Notes under the pieces: model-generated
The model's input: the letters and a program-made list of their open reading frames with translations, nothing else
Database searches by the model: none
What the model was told of the DNA's origin: nothing
Assembly (NCBI RefSeq): GCF_006345805.1
Contig: NC_042998.1
Span: 2,728,001-2,792,000, forward strand
Source: Octopus sinensis
Taxonomy: Eukaryota
DNA length: 64,000 nucleotides
Direction: 5' to 3'
Shown: one piece after another, positions 52,494-64,000 of the stretch
Layout: the number at the start of each line of letters is the position of its first letter
Position numbering within the stretch: position 1 is the stretch's first letter
Program-made: the position numbers and the translations under genes

Positions 52494-52713
52494 CCCTTTT
52501 GTTACCATATTTCTGCTGAGATGCTCTGTGTTTCTTTCAATTATTTTAAATATAACAAAGAATTTAGAAAAATAACTTAGTTATCATTCAGCTAGTGTTA
52601 GGAACATAAATTGTGACTAAGGTTTGGTGGAAGATTTTAATTCAAAACTTATCAAAACAAAACATTTGTACTCAGAGCCAAAGCCGGTTTCAGCCAGGTT
52701 GGTAACCAAAGGG
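52494..52713 (+). mobile_element. piggyBac-type MITE (family D)
   Basis: TTAA-flanked, near-identical interior to 16527 and 48777. Confidence 0.88.
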
Positions 52714-53151
52714 TTAATAGCATGGCTTCCACATGTCTGTGGCTTCTGGGGGTTGACCGGCAATGCAATGAAAGGGAGTTAAATCTAAAGGGACAACCAG
52801 TTCAGTTATAAGGACCTATGTGTCAGTAAGTTATAGGTTGTAGGCAGTTGGTGTTTATATAGGAAGCCGTAAAGTATAAATCAAGTGTCGGTTCGATCTC
52901 GCATGTGGAGAGACTCATGGCCAGATATGAAGAGTGCAAAGAGAAAGGTCAACGATGCTAAAATATAAATATATATTTCCCTCACCATGGTACACAGAAA
53001 CTATCGTAAACTCACTTTCACCTTTCTTAGCTAATTAAATAATGGCTTCCCTGCGCAAAAGACACTTCTTATTGCTATTTTTCCTCCATTTTCTTATCGT
53101 CTATATAAATTAAACTATGGTTTAGCCACTAAATTACCTGCTGCCGTATAC

Positions 53152-53383
53152 CTATTTCTTTATTACCCACAAGGGGCTAAATACAGAGGGGACAAACAAG
53201 GACAGACATAGGTATTAAGTCGATTATATCGACCCCAGTGCGTAACTGGTACTTAATTTATCGACCCCGAAAGGATGAAAGGCAAAGTCGACCTCGGCGG
53301 AATTTGAACTCACAACGTAACGCAGACGAAATACCGTAAAGCATTTCACCCGGCGTGCTAACGTTTCTGCCAGCTCGCCGCCT
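53152..53383 (-). mobile_element. tRNA-headed SINE family A, best-preserved copy
   Basis: head with GTTCAAATTCC B-box, central gaggtcgactttgcctttcatcctttcggggtcgataaa block. Confidence 0.9.
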
Positions 53384-53494
53384 TATTCCTTTTACCAAGA
53401 ACTATACCTACTGAAGTAATTATCAGGAGTGCCTTTGGATATATCTATCCCTTTGAGACTTTAAACACCTCTAACTTATACCTGTCTGTATGTA

Positions 53495-54267
53495 TATATA
53501 TATATATATATAAAACTCAACTTGTGTGTCTGTGTGTTTAACTTCCCAGCACATCTCCTCCTAGCCAACAAATCGTAGAACCACCAAAAATGGGTCACTT
53601 AAAGTTTAGGCGAATGAAAATTGAACTGCGCTATTTCTGTTCCGAAATTCATCTCGCAGGTGCAAAATTCGATAATGTTTTTGTTTAGGCCTTATCCCAT
53701 ACATTGAATAGTGAACTTTACTCAATCAGCTGTTTGACGTGAACTGTGTTCACCACGTGTGCAAGCATGCGTAAATTGCATGAAAAATAAAAAATCAAGA
53801 TATAAAAACGAATCGCAAAGAAATTAATTTTCGGGATGTAGCCTGGAGGGTTTTTTTGTATTAATCGTTTGGACTTTGAGAACACATACCAATTGTTTTC
53901 ATAACATTTTTAACGCTTTGAATTAAATGTGACCATTTTGCGTTGAGTCTGCAGTTTGAATCACTTTAACCAAATTTTAGCAGGCCGGATTTTTGATCAT
54001 CACGATACATCGCCAGCGACTCCCTGAAACTCTACCCTGAAATCCCCGTTGAGAAATATTGATCTAAAAGAATAATTCAACAATGCAATTATTTGATCAA
54101 CAAAAATTTATGAAACGCTTCTACGTACATCCTATTGAGGAAATGGAACAATTAAGCGCAAAAATAGAGGGCATTAAAATGCTTGATTTTGAATTTTGAC
54201 TGAACTTCATCCAAGTTTAGCTTAATTCACGCGTGCATAGAACGCACGAGCCGGGCAATACTGCTAG
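53495..54267 (+). mobile_element. Non-autonomous Helitron-like element in a (TA)n tract
   Basis: ends gcacgagccgggcaatactgCTAG|t, the same atactgCTAG terminus as 52306; 5' end approximate, buried in TA repeats. Confidence 0.6.
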
Positions 54268-54550
54268 TATATATATATATTTGGTTAAAGAGAGGGACAG
54301 AAGATGGAAGATATGAGAATATTTATTATTCACTACAACTGTTTCGACCTATCTAGCATCAATCCCTCACATGCTTTACTGGTAAGCTACCAGGTATATA
54401 CCATATGTTTTATCAACAAATATGCGTGTATATATATATATAGGTGCATGTGTATATACACTTATATGTATGTGTATATTATATATTATGTATATGTACT
54501 CATTCTTGTATGGGTGTACCTTCTCTGATATTCATATTTAGATTGTACTT

Positions 54551-54685
54551 TATAATCTCTGAAGAGGCCTTGGGATATATTTGTAAGTGTCTCATTTATA
54601 ACCACATATTAACTTATCACACCTGGCTTATATGAGCATAATGAGATACTCATATCTACATGGCTGAAACAGCTGTAAGATATAG
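54551..54685 (+). ncRNA. Type I hammerhead ribozyme motif with extended stem II
   Basis: UAU(A)AUCU-CUGAAGA-GGCC...GGCU-GAA-ACAGCUGU-A-AGAUAUA; all core nucleotides present. Confidence 0.65.
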
Positions 54686-54865
54686 TTTATATTTATATTT
54701 ATTTATACGTATTGTACTTATGGTATCATATTACTCATTGATGTGTACTGTTTTGTTCAGTATTATTGTTTGACCTTGATGTTCATATGTAGTTGGTTAA
54801 TAAATTACGTGAATGGGTATTATCTGGTAGTTGATTATTGATTAAGGTGTATTTCTCCATTTTCT

Positions 54866-54926
<61 letters not shown>

Positions 54927-55047
54927 AATAAACAACCTGTTTGTGCCTTCACAAAAAAATATTCTATTTGACAAGTTCAAAAAGAAACGAACAAAAGCTC
55001 TAATAATAACTAAAAAAAATTCTTTTTCCAAAATTCTGACGACCTCC

Positions 55048-55090
<43 letters not shown>

Positions 55091-55604
55091 TACATACACA
55101 CATACACACACACACACACACATTATACATGTATTCCCATCCCAATTTCCTACAGAAAATTACTTCTATTCAATGAGGAATGCAGAAGTGGATTTCTTTA
55201 AAAAGAAAAGAAAGGAAAAGAGGGCTGCGTGTGAGGAAGAAAGAGGGGCTTTATGTGTAAATGGAGCCACTCCCAATGTAATCTCTTTTCAGCTTCCTTT
55301 ACAGTATGAGAGACTATATCCCATTACATTTAAGTAGAACTAAAGAGTGTAAGTATAATAACCATTTGATATTTATGGGAATGAGATTTATGGGACAGCT
55401 TTATGGAAGTTTCTAGACTACGGCTGGCTCGGTAGTAAGAAGTTTGCTTCCCAACCACATGGCTCCTGGTTCAGTCCCACTGTGTGGTGCCTCAGGCAAA
55501 TGTGTCTTTTACTGTAGGCGAGGCCCAATCAAAGCCTTATAAGTAGATTTGGTACATGGAAGCAGAAAGAGTGTGTGTCTGTGTGTGTGTGTGCATGTGT
55601 TGTT

Positions 55605-55800
55605 GTTGTTAAGCAACAAGACGGGTAAGGGTGATTAGGTGATGGTCTAGGGCTTAGGGGCGGGAGACCCCAGACCTTGGGGAAAAAAAACTGGTTGTCT
55701 TGTTGTAATCGAGGGCTCTTCGTTGACGCCCGACACCACTGGGAGGTGGCCCTCGAAGTCGCTGGAAATGGAGATCTCCAGGTCCAAATTCTCGAACAGC
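55605..55800 (-). repeat. ~195-bp GC-rich (CAA)n-tailed retroposed repeat, copy 1
   Basis: near-identical second copy at 56895-57100. Confidence 0.75.
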
Positions 55801-56619
55801 GAGTGTATATGTGTGTTTGTGTGTGTGTCACAGCTCGACAACCAGTCTTGGTTTTTCTTTTTCTTTTTTTTTTTGTGACCCAAAACACAGTGGCTTGACA
55901 TAACAGACTTAAAAACGAAAGTAATGGGGTCAATTTGTTCAACTGGGATCTCAGCATGGCTTCAGTCCAAGGACTGAAACAAATACAAGATAAAACAATG
56001 TACTTTGCCTCTCTTATCTGCACAGACAACTTGTAAGATAGAATCTCTTCACATATCACAGGCATATGACACAGAAACAATTTCTTGAGATAGTAAAACC
56101 AAAGAAATTGATATAACCTCAATAACCAACCAATTGGTTATGTCCTGAGAGCCATATAAGCACTTACAATTTATGATGTCATATAGCTCTTTCTTTTATC
56201 TTTTACTTGTTTCATTCTTTGAATTGTGGCCATACTGGGGCTCCACTTTGAAGGGTTTGTCCGAGGCTATAGTAGAAGACACCTGCCCAAGGTGCCACGC
56301 AGTGGGACTGAACCCAGAGCCATGTGATTGGTAAACAAGCTAATTACCACATAGCCACTCCTGTGCCTATACATATATATGCACACACACACAGTATGTA
56401 TGTGTGTCTTTCTGTTTGTTAACTTCACCACGACGACTACACTTGACAACCAGAGTTGGTTTGTCTATGTCCCTGTAACCTTGTGGTTCACCAAAAGAGA
56501 CTGAAAGAATAAGAACCAGACTTTCAAAAAACAATAAGTGCTGGGGTTAATTTGTTCAACTGTAACCTTTCAAAACAGCTACTCTAGCATGGCCACAGAC
56601 CAATTACTGAAACAAGTAA

Positions 56620-57990
56620 ATGATAAAAGATAGGTTATCATCCATTATCAAGAAAAACACCACTGCCCCCCTCCCCCTAAACATGAGTGGCACTCAATTA
56701 GGAGCTTCAAGGTCACTCCAAACTATAGGCCTCTTTATTACCAAGGATCTCTATTGGAAAAAGCACAACCATAACAAAGCTAGGACCACATATCAAAGAC
56801 TGGACCTTATCTTCAAGGCTAGAAAATATATCAACCCCTAACAATGCTCAAATGAGGTCCACAATGGTACACTTCTCCCACAACCAAAATAGTGTTGCTG
56901 TTGTTGTTGTTGTTAAGCAACTAGAGGGGTAAGGGTGATTAGGTGATGGTCTAGGGCTTGAGGGTGGGAGACCCCAGACATTGGAAAAAAAAAAACTTTG
57001 GTCATCTTGTTGTAGTCGAGGGCTCTTCATTGACACCCGGCACCACTGGGAGGTGGCCCTCAAAGTCGCTGGAAATGGAGACCTCCAGGTCCAAATTCTT
57101 GAATTGCTGCTGGTGCTACATGCAAATACAGACATCTTGGATCACTTCTAGAGAAAGGCTTACTTAACTGATTGGTATTAATCTTTTAGCATTTAAACCA
57201 GACATATCCATCCCAAATATTCTACCTGTTTTATGTTCAAGCCAGCTAAACCCAGCCTCTCACACCTATCATACAATGTCATTCTAAAAATAAATTATGT
57301 GATTCTGACAGTGATAGAGCTACTTAAAAAACATCCAGTCTACACTGTAATGTAGATGGCATTTGGAAGGGCATCCAGCTGTAAAGACCATGCCAAAACT
57401 AACCTCACCTGTACTGGTGCCATATAAAAAGCACTCGGCCCACTCTGTGGGGTTGTTGGTGTTAGGAAGGGCATCCAGCTGTAAAAACCCTGCCAAAACA
57501 GACACAGAAGTATTGTGCAGGCTTCTGCCTGGCCAGCTCCTGTCAAACCGTCCAACCCATGCCAGCAAGAAAAGCAGATGTTAAACAATGATCATCATCA
57601 TCATCATCATCATCATTAAAATCTCAAAGCTACAAGATGATATATGATTAATTCAAAACAATGTGAATAAATAAGCAAAACATTTAACAGAGTAATCTGA
57701 ACACTAAAGGGTTAAGTTACTGACAGACCTACTGTCTCTTCTCTGCCTTTTTGATTATTACCATAACAGTCTCTGTTCCTCAGAGCTCACTCCTCTCAGG
57801 TCTTCTTCATTCAGGCTCTCCTCTTACCTTTGTTGTGTCCACTCCACCTGCCAGCCCCACACTAACACCAAGTCCCCTGAAATTTTTCCACTGCTCAGGT
57901 TTTCTTCTATATGTCGGCCGCCTACAACAGTTTAACCACAACATCAACAGCATCAAACACACCAGTCTTGTGCAAAGCTCATGAATGTTG
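56620..57990 (+). mobile_element. Decayed L2/CR1-type LINE 3' half, with nested repeat, MITE and SINE
   Basis: GLFITKDLYWKKH...QRLDLIFKARKY (56720-56840) and LCLFDYYHNSLCSSEL...LQQFNHNINSI (57755-57955). Confidence 0.6.
56895..57100 (-). repeat. ~195-bp GC-rich (CAA)n-tailed retroposed repeat, copy 2
   Basis: same 5' boundary (ccaaattct.gaa) as copy 1. Confidence 0.75.
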
Positions 57991-58512
57991 CCCCTTTCCT
58001 CCAGACTCAACAAGTAAAGAAGAAAAAAAAAACCTTGGTTGCTAAATTCGAATAATGAACTAAAAATGTGTTTTCAAGAGCTATATGGATACAGTGACTG
58101 CAATTACTTGGCTCTAAATTCTGTAGCATCAAAGATGAATTTCACTCTGGATTGATGCCAATCTATTACAGGTAACATCTTCAGAAAAGCTACTACCTAT
58201 TTTCCCAAGGTAGGTGAACTAAAACATATAAAAATTGTTCTGTTAAGAGATACAATGAAATACAAACAGAAAATATCAACTCACAATCTGCCTTATCCAT
58301 GTCTTTTTAGCTACTATGAAAGTAAACAGCTTAGTTTAACTACTTTAAATTTATTTTAGGTTTTCTTATACACCCAGGGCAGAGCATGAATTCTTTTACT
58401 TGTTTCAGTCATTTTAAAGCTTAGTACTTATTCTATTGGTCTCTTTTGCCAAACCACTAAGTTACAGAAAAATAAACACATCAACACCTGTTGTCAAGCA
58501 GTGGTGGAAGGG

Positions 58513-58586
<74 letters not shown>

Positions 58587-59084
58587 AATGGGCTTCTTTC
58601 AGTTTCCATCTATCAAATCCACTCAGAAGGCTTTGGTCAGCCTCAGGCTCACCAAAGTAGAAGAAGCTTGCCCAAGGTACAATGCAGTCGAACCGAAGCT
58701 AGAATTATGTGGTTGGGAAACAACCTTCTTACCACACAGCCACAACTGAACCTTGTTATTTAATCAGACCACTAATACAATATGTAAACCTAAATGGTAG
58801 ACAAAAAAAGCTTGTCAGATTTACCCATTTCCTCACAGATTAAAAAGAAAAATTAGCTAATAACCCATTTTCTATAGCGATGTTTGAACAAAATTTTAAT
58901 AATTTTATATTTTGTTGAATTTACCTGTATCTACCTGCAATTAGAGTCACTTTGTGACAAAAATTATAGTATAGAATTGGTTGAGAACATTTCATTAAAT
59001 TATCTTCCAAAAATCACATTAATATATTGATAAATAAAAAAGTTATAGTTGTTTAATGAAACCAGACTAAATTTATGAACAGCC

Positions 59085-59480
59085 TAAATCAATTTTCAAC
59101 ACTTATTGGGGTCTCATCAGGTGTCTACATCATCAAAGAAACCAAGTGGCCAATCTATTTATACACTCATCAAATCTAGAAGTTTTAGCGAACAGGAGTT
59201 AATAATTTGCATGTTACAAGTGTAAAGATACAGAGTAAACATACAAATATGTCAGATTAATCTGCTTCTCCACAGATTGAAAAAAATGAAGGAAAAGTCT
59301 TAATTGATTTCCAGCTGTTATTGGAGTCTCGTCAAGTGTTTAGATTACTTAATGAATCCCAGAGAAACAAGAAGCTAATCCATTTATATAGACATCAAAT
59401 CCAGTAGTTTCAGAGGACTGGAATTACTAGTCTGCATAAGCATAATATGTAAATTAGACTAACCTACCTACAGGTTTATG
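59085..59480 (-). repeat. Diverged ~215-bp tandem dimer, each unit with a decayed hammerhead-like core
   Basis: CUGAUGA-GACCCCAAUAAGUGUU-GAAA and UUGACGA-GACUCCAAUAACAGCUG-GAAA; ~140 bp alignable between units. Confidence 0.5.
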
Positions 59481-61269
59481 ATTGATTTAAATAGTGATTT
59501 GTTATAATACCAGTTCACATGCAGAGAAATAACCACTTATCCTTTGAAGAGTGGTCTACAGACCATGAAACCTTTCAAGGCAAACTCTTTTATATTACTA
59601 TGTACTAGCTTGACCCATGAAAAATTCATGGAAAACTTTTAAAATGTAACCATGAGAAATGTTTCTATATTATGACTGTCTGTCCTTACATTCTGAGTTC
59701 AAATTCTGCCGAGGTTAACTTTGCCTTTCATTTATTGCAAGACAGAATTTTTAGGAGATAAAATTACTCATTTTTTCCATTTCTTCTGACATGCAGTTGT
59801 TGAAAATTTCTGGGTACAAATGTATGAATTGAAATACAAAAGAACAAAATAATAAATGGATTTATGAATGAAAGTTTGGTAACTGCATTTATTTCCACCA
59901 CACGGCACTTATTATTGTAAACATGTTTAAACTACACACACACACACAAATACATTCATATATATATATGTCTCAAGTTGTAGCTGTAATTGAAAGGGGC
60001 CAGCCTTGTCATATTCTGTGTGAGGCTGAATCTCCCTGAGAACTACATTAATGTTATGCATGTCTGTAGAGTACTCAGCCATTTGTGAGTTAATTTTATC
60101 CTCATGTGGTAATGAAAAGTAAAATTGACAGCCAATATTTACTGTGTCTCTGTATCTATGTATGAACTTTTCTTTGGAATTATGTATCTACTGTCTCTCT
60201 CACTTTCTCTTTCACTTCCTTTGTGTCCCTCTTCTCTCCTGCTTTTGATCAAACAATGTGTATATGTATCTATGTATCTACTTCACTTGCAATGTGATAA
60301 ACATTTAAAAACACAAAATGAACGCTGTCACCACTCACTGTCTCTTTCACTCTCTCTCTCTCTATCTCTTTCTCTCTTATGTCCTCTCTGAAACATTTAA
60401 AAACACAAAACAAACGCCATCACCACTGATGTCTCTTTCACTCTCTCTCATTTTGCCACTTCTTTGAAGTAAGTGTGACGCACACAACAGGTACATACAA
60501 AAATAAAAAGTTACCGTATTTATATTATTGATGATGATGACAAGAACAGCAAAATATATTCCCATCTATTTAAAGTTCCAAAGTGAAAGGCTTAAAATCT
60601 ATAGTTTAACTACTTAAAATTTATCTTAGATTTACAAATACAAATGTGTTATGCAGAAATAGTTACTAATTATTTAAACATATTAGAACAAAACGAATCA
60701 TAATAAAGGACACAATAGTCCCAAATGTAGAGAAAGTGGTTTGGTTTAATGTACAAAAAACAAAAAAGACTGGAAGCTATATCCCACATTCAGGAACAAT
60801 ACAGTTGAGAACATGGAGTCTCCAGTGTATATGTGATTATAGTTGAATATTGATCCGCATTAGTAACTCTGAGAAGTTTTTATATGTATTACATATTTCT
60901 TTATAAACTGATGGGTGTGCTGAATATTATAAAGCAACAGAAGAATTGCAGGATGGAGTAGAAATATAAGTGCAACTAATACTAAATAAGTCAGCTGAAT
61001 ATGTCAGCAAGTCCAGATGAAAAGACAAACATTCATAAACATGTATATAGCAAGAAAGCCTATATACAATTAAAGAATATGAAACAAAATGAAAGACGAA
61101 CAAAAACAAAAATAAAACATCAGCTACAAGAACAACTACCTAGTAATATTAAATAATGATATCAAGCAGGTATGGCAGGGTTAATAAAGAAAGCAAAACA
61201 GAATTTTATCTATGCCATTTCTTAACACACCTAATTTATTGTTCTAATAGAATTAAACAAATATTAGAA

Positions 61270-61525
61270 AAGTGGAGGTACAGGGCTTAGTGGTTAGGGT
61301 GTCAGCATCATGATCGTAAGATTGTGGTTTCGATTCCTGGACCAGGCGATGCGTTGTGTTCTTGAGCAAAACACTTCATTTCACTTTGCTCCAGTCCACT
61401 CAGCTGGCAAAAATGAGTAACGCTGCAATGGACAGGCGTCTCGTCCAGCTGGGGAACACATACGCCATAGAAACCGGGAAACTGGGCCCATGAGTCTGGC
61501 TAGGCTTTAAAAGGGCGCATTTATT
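61270..61525 (+). mobile_element. tRNA-headed SINE with V-domain-like segment
   Basis: A/B boxes (tagtggttag; gtttcgattcc), gttgtgttcttgagcaaaacactt, gcaatggacaggcgtctcgtccag. Confidence 0.7.
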
Positions 61526-62423
61526 TTTATTAAATATTAGAAAAGAAGTCTTAAAAGCTTATTGTTACTATTATTATTAGAAAATTGATATTATTTACCG
61601 TATTTCCCAGTGTATAAAATGGCAATCTCACATAAGATATATTCTCCTTATTTTATAAGAATATTTTGTGGGGAAAACAAATTTAGTATCTTTTGTTGTA
61701 GCCTTACAATGTTGTGATAGTTTAAGTTGAGTATACACTATGACACTACACAGGAATATAATTTGTGATTATAGTTGTTTATATTTTAGTCAAGAGAATT
61801 GCAATAGAAGATATACAGGATTAGGGTGGCTACTGGTGCCACATAAAAAAGCACCCAGTACACTCTGTAGGAAGGGCAGCCAGGAATAGAAACCAAGCCA
61901 AAACTGAATATGAAACCTGGTGCAGTCTCTAGCCTTGCCAGTTCCTGTCAAGCCATCCAACCCATACCAGCATGGAAAACAAACATTAAAGTTTGATGAA
62001 TGTGATTATTCTAAAACAGGAAGTTTATATCATAGAACCTGGGATAGTCTTAGGCAGATTGGTCTCAAAAAGGTTAAACGTTTCAAGTAAATACGTAAGT
62101 TTAAAAACAACTCTACCTAACAGTGAATCTAACCCAAATATTCGATACAGCAGAGATAAAGGCCTGAATTGTAATTGGTTGAAAGAAAAATACTTGATAT
62201 AAAAAAGCAAGTGCATAAAAGCAGGAAGTTTCACAGCCACAAAAGAAAAAATTGTGTACATGAGAATCTCTCTATTATTTGTTTGAAAATGTGTCTTTTA
62301 TTGCTTTATAATACTGTTATCACACATAGCTATTATTGCGTTAAGAACAACCCTATAATTAAAGGTGTATAAATAAATTGTGCAAAAGGCAATGACAAAA
62401 TGATAAAGACTTTTTTAACTTAC

Positions 62424-62500
62424 TTGTCCTAAGCCTAAACCATGGTTTCGCAACTTCTGGATGTGACGGCTGATACTGCGAACAGCCTCTATACTCTCCG
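62424..62500 (-). CDS. Host gene internal exon A (77 nt, phase 1 to 0): xESIEAVRSISRHIQKLRNHGLGLGQ
   Basis: ttttttcag acceptor, CAA|gtaagt donor, open frame; phase 0 end matches exon B. Additional exons in the 28.4-kb intron cannot be excluded. Confidence 0.8.
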
Positions 62501-63303
62501 CTGAAAAAACAGTAAGAAAACAGAAAAAGTCATGAAATATCAAATGACCAAATCCAAGTAAGGTAACAATTAAAAAAAAAGAAGTCAAATCTAATTCCAT
62601 AACTTTTATAGTATTTTCCAAAAAATAAAAAACAATTTCATTGTTGTATTTATATTCCAGTATGATCCTTTTTTTGTTTTTACCAAATAAACACACACAC
62701 ACAATATATTCACTCTTCACTTTATCTTTATTATTGATCTTATTTTAGTGTCCTTTGTCTAGGAATCTTTTGTCATACATCCTGTAACCTCTTCAGCTAT
62801 TCTCCATCTCACATGTCCCTTTCTGTTCTGTTTAGTCCATTTTGTCAATAATAAAATAGTAAAAAAAATAGTAAAGAACGAATATACAGTGCATATATTT
62901 ATTTGGCAAAATAAGCAAAAAACAAAATGAACATCTCAAAATATAACAAAACCGGTTTTAACACACAATTTCACATTAGGAATCTTGCAAAACAAATACA
63001 TGAATGCAATTTCATTTTTATTTTTCTAGGTGTGAAGTTAGTTACCATAAAATTATACAAAAGAAAAAAAAAAGAAAAAATTACAATGGTATATTCATGC
63101 ATCATTTTATACAGAGTAAAGGAGTCATCAGCTAGATCAAAGAAATTATAGGAAATACACACGATTGATTTAACATTTATATGATATATAAAATGTTTAT
63201 TTCTTAAACATTTTGTCACAAATTTGCTTTGAGACATTTTAAAACATTAACTTTTGCTTTGTTTTGTGTGTGTAACTATATACACCTAGCTATCTATCTA
63301 TAC

Positions 63304-63306
<3 letters not shown>

Positions 63307-63355
<49 letters not shown>
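63307..63355. repeat. (CA)n microsatellite
   Basis: direct reading. Confidence 0.97.
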
Positions 63356-63357
<2 letters not shown>

Positions 63358-64000
63358 GACATGGGATGAAGTACTGAAGATTGACCTCAGGATGTTGAAC
63401 CTTTCAGATGAGATAACAAAAGGCCAGGATGCCTGGTGCCTTGTTGTGCCCAAGAAGACCCATACTCCACAGTAGAAGTATTAAGACCCCTGGTGGTGTA
63501 AAGCACTGATGGTAGTGTGACATAAGAGCACGAATGTGGAGCCACACAAAGGCACCCATTCAGTGCCACATTAAAGCACCCGGCACCCTGTCAAGTGATT
63601 GGCATTAGGAAGGGCATCCAGCTATAGAAACCATGCCAAAGCAGACTGGAGCCTGGTGCAGCTCCACAGTGTGCCATTGTCCGTGCTGGTCAAACCATCA
63701 AACCCATGCCACGGTGGACAACTGACATTAAATGATGATGATGATGACAGATATATATAAGTTTCAAAAATTAAACAGACTCATGACAAGGAATGAATGG
63801 GAAATTCACTCTCAAGATATGGACATGCTCTTTCTTCTTCAGCTTCTTTTGCCCAAAATCATTACAATTTCATGCCTTGAATGATAACATTGTAAATTTT
63901 TGGTGGCATCAACAGTAAAATGCTGCTGGGAACATTGAGCCAACACTGATGACAGTAACGAAAACAAATACAACACAGGTATAAATGTAAATATACTAAC

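Larger units (their letters stand above)
50771..53102. mobile_element. Non-autonomous DNA transposon with ~150-bp terminal inverted repeats, carrying nested insertions
   Basis: 50771-50916 is the reverse complement of 52950-53102 apart from scattered substitutions and one short indel. Confidence 0.7.

Noticed and set aside
54332-54400. Minus-strand ggtcGAAACAGTTGTA half-motif near the intact hammerhead
   Set aside because: No matching CUGANGA half found; treated only as context.
55680-55790. HDV-like ribozyme reading of the (CAA)n-tailed repeat (ACCUCCCAGUGGU resembles the P3/L3 region; P2 gagggc/gccctc)
   Set aside because: No acceptable P1 helix or P4 can be formed, and the putative catalytic C is T in the second copy.
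60290-60450. ~90-bp tandem duplication; also short tandem duplications at 7280-7320, 14620-14665 and 49495-49545
   Set aside because: Ordinary local slippage duplications with no further structure.
61270-61350. Possible tRNA gene (also heads of families A and B)
   Set aside because: A/B boxes are present but there is no complete cloverleaf, and the sequence runs into SINE body.
470-62500. Naming the host gene (considered PI4KB, PITPNM/rdgB, OSBP-related, LIPE, UVRAG, MTMR3/4)
   Set aside because: None gave a recognisable motif-level match, so no symbol is assigned.
63945-63970. CTGATGA...GAAA motif
   Set aside because: The intervening 7 nt cannot form stem II, and stems I and III do not close.

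Overview
AT-rich, microsatellite- and SINE-dense eukaryotic DNA. The SINE families and repeat landscape look like an octopod cephalopod (Octopus sp.), which is an inference from repeat motifs. The whole window lies inside one protein-coding gene on the minus strand. I can assemble 8 internal exons (62424-62500, 33893-33986, 28515-29019, 26073-26245, 20763-20824, 16032-16191, 14383-14416, 470-604). All have AG/GT boundaries and mutually consistent phases (1-0-1-2-1-0-1-2-2), giving about 413 aa of stop-free, mostly low-complexity peptide with an FFAT-like motif and several RxxS(xP) sites. I cannot name the gene; start and stop lie outside the window. The introns (up to 28.4 kb) contain three to four tRNA-headed or (GAT)n-tailed SINE families, piggyBac-type and Tc/pogo-type MITEs, Helitrons, a mariner fragment, and RTE, L2/CR1 and R4/Dong LINE remnants. 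The most interesting signals are: (i) a set of hammerhead-ribozyme motifs of the minimal, palindromic-stem-III (Penelope/retrozyme) type, one with a complete core and a ~100-nt extended stem II; (ii) a 91-bp foldback hairpin made from a LINE 3' end with strongly one-sided C>T divergence; (iii) an antisense, intact triple-C2H2 ORF with a splice acceptor at a LINE-like 3' end; (iv) a four-level nested transposon stack. No CRISPR array, rRNA or bona fide tRNA gene was seen.
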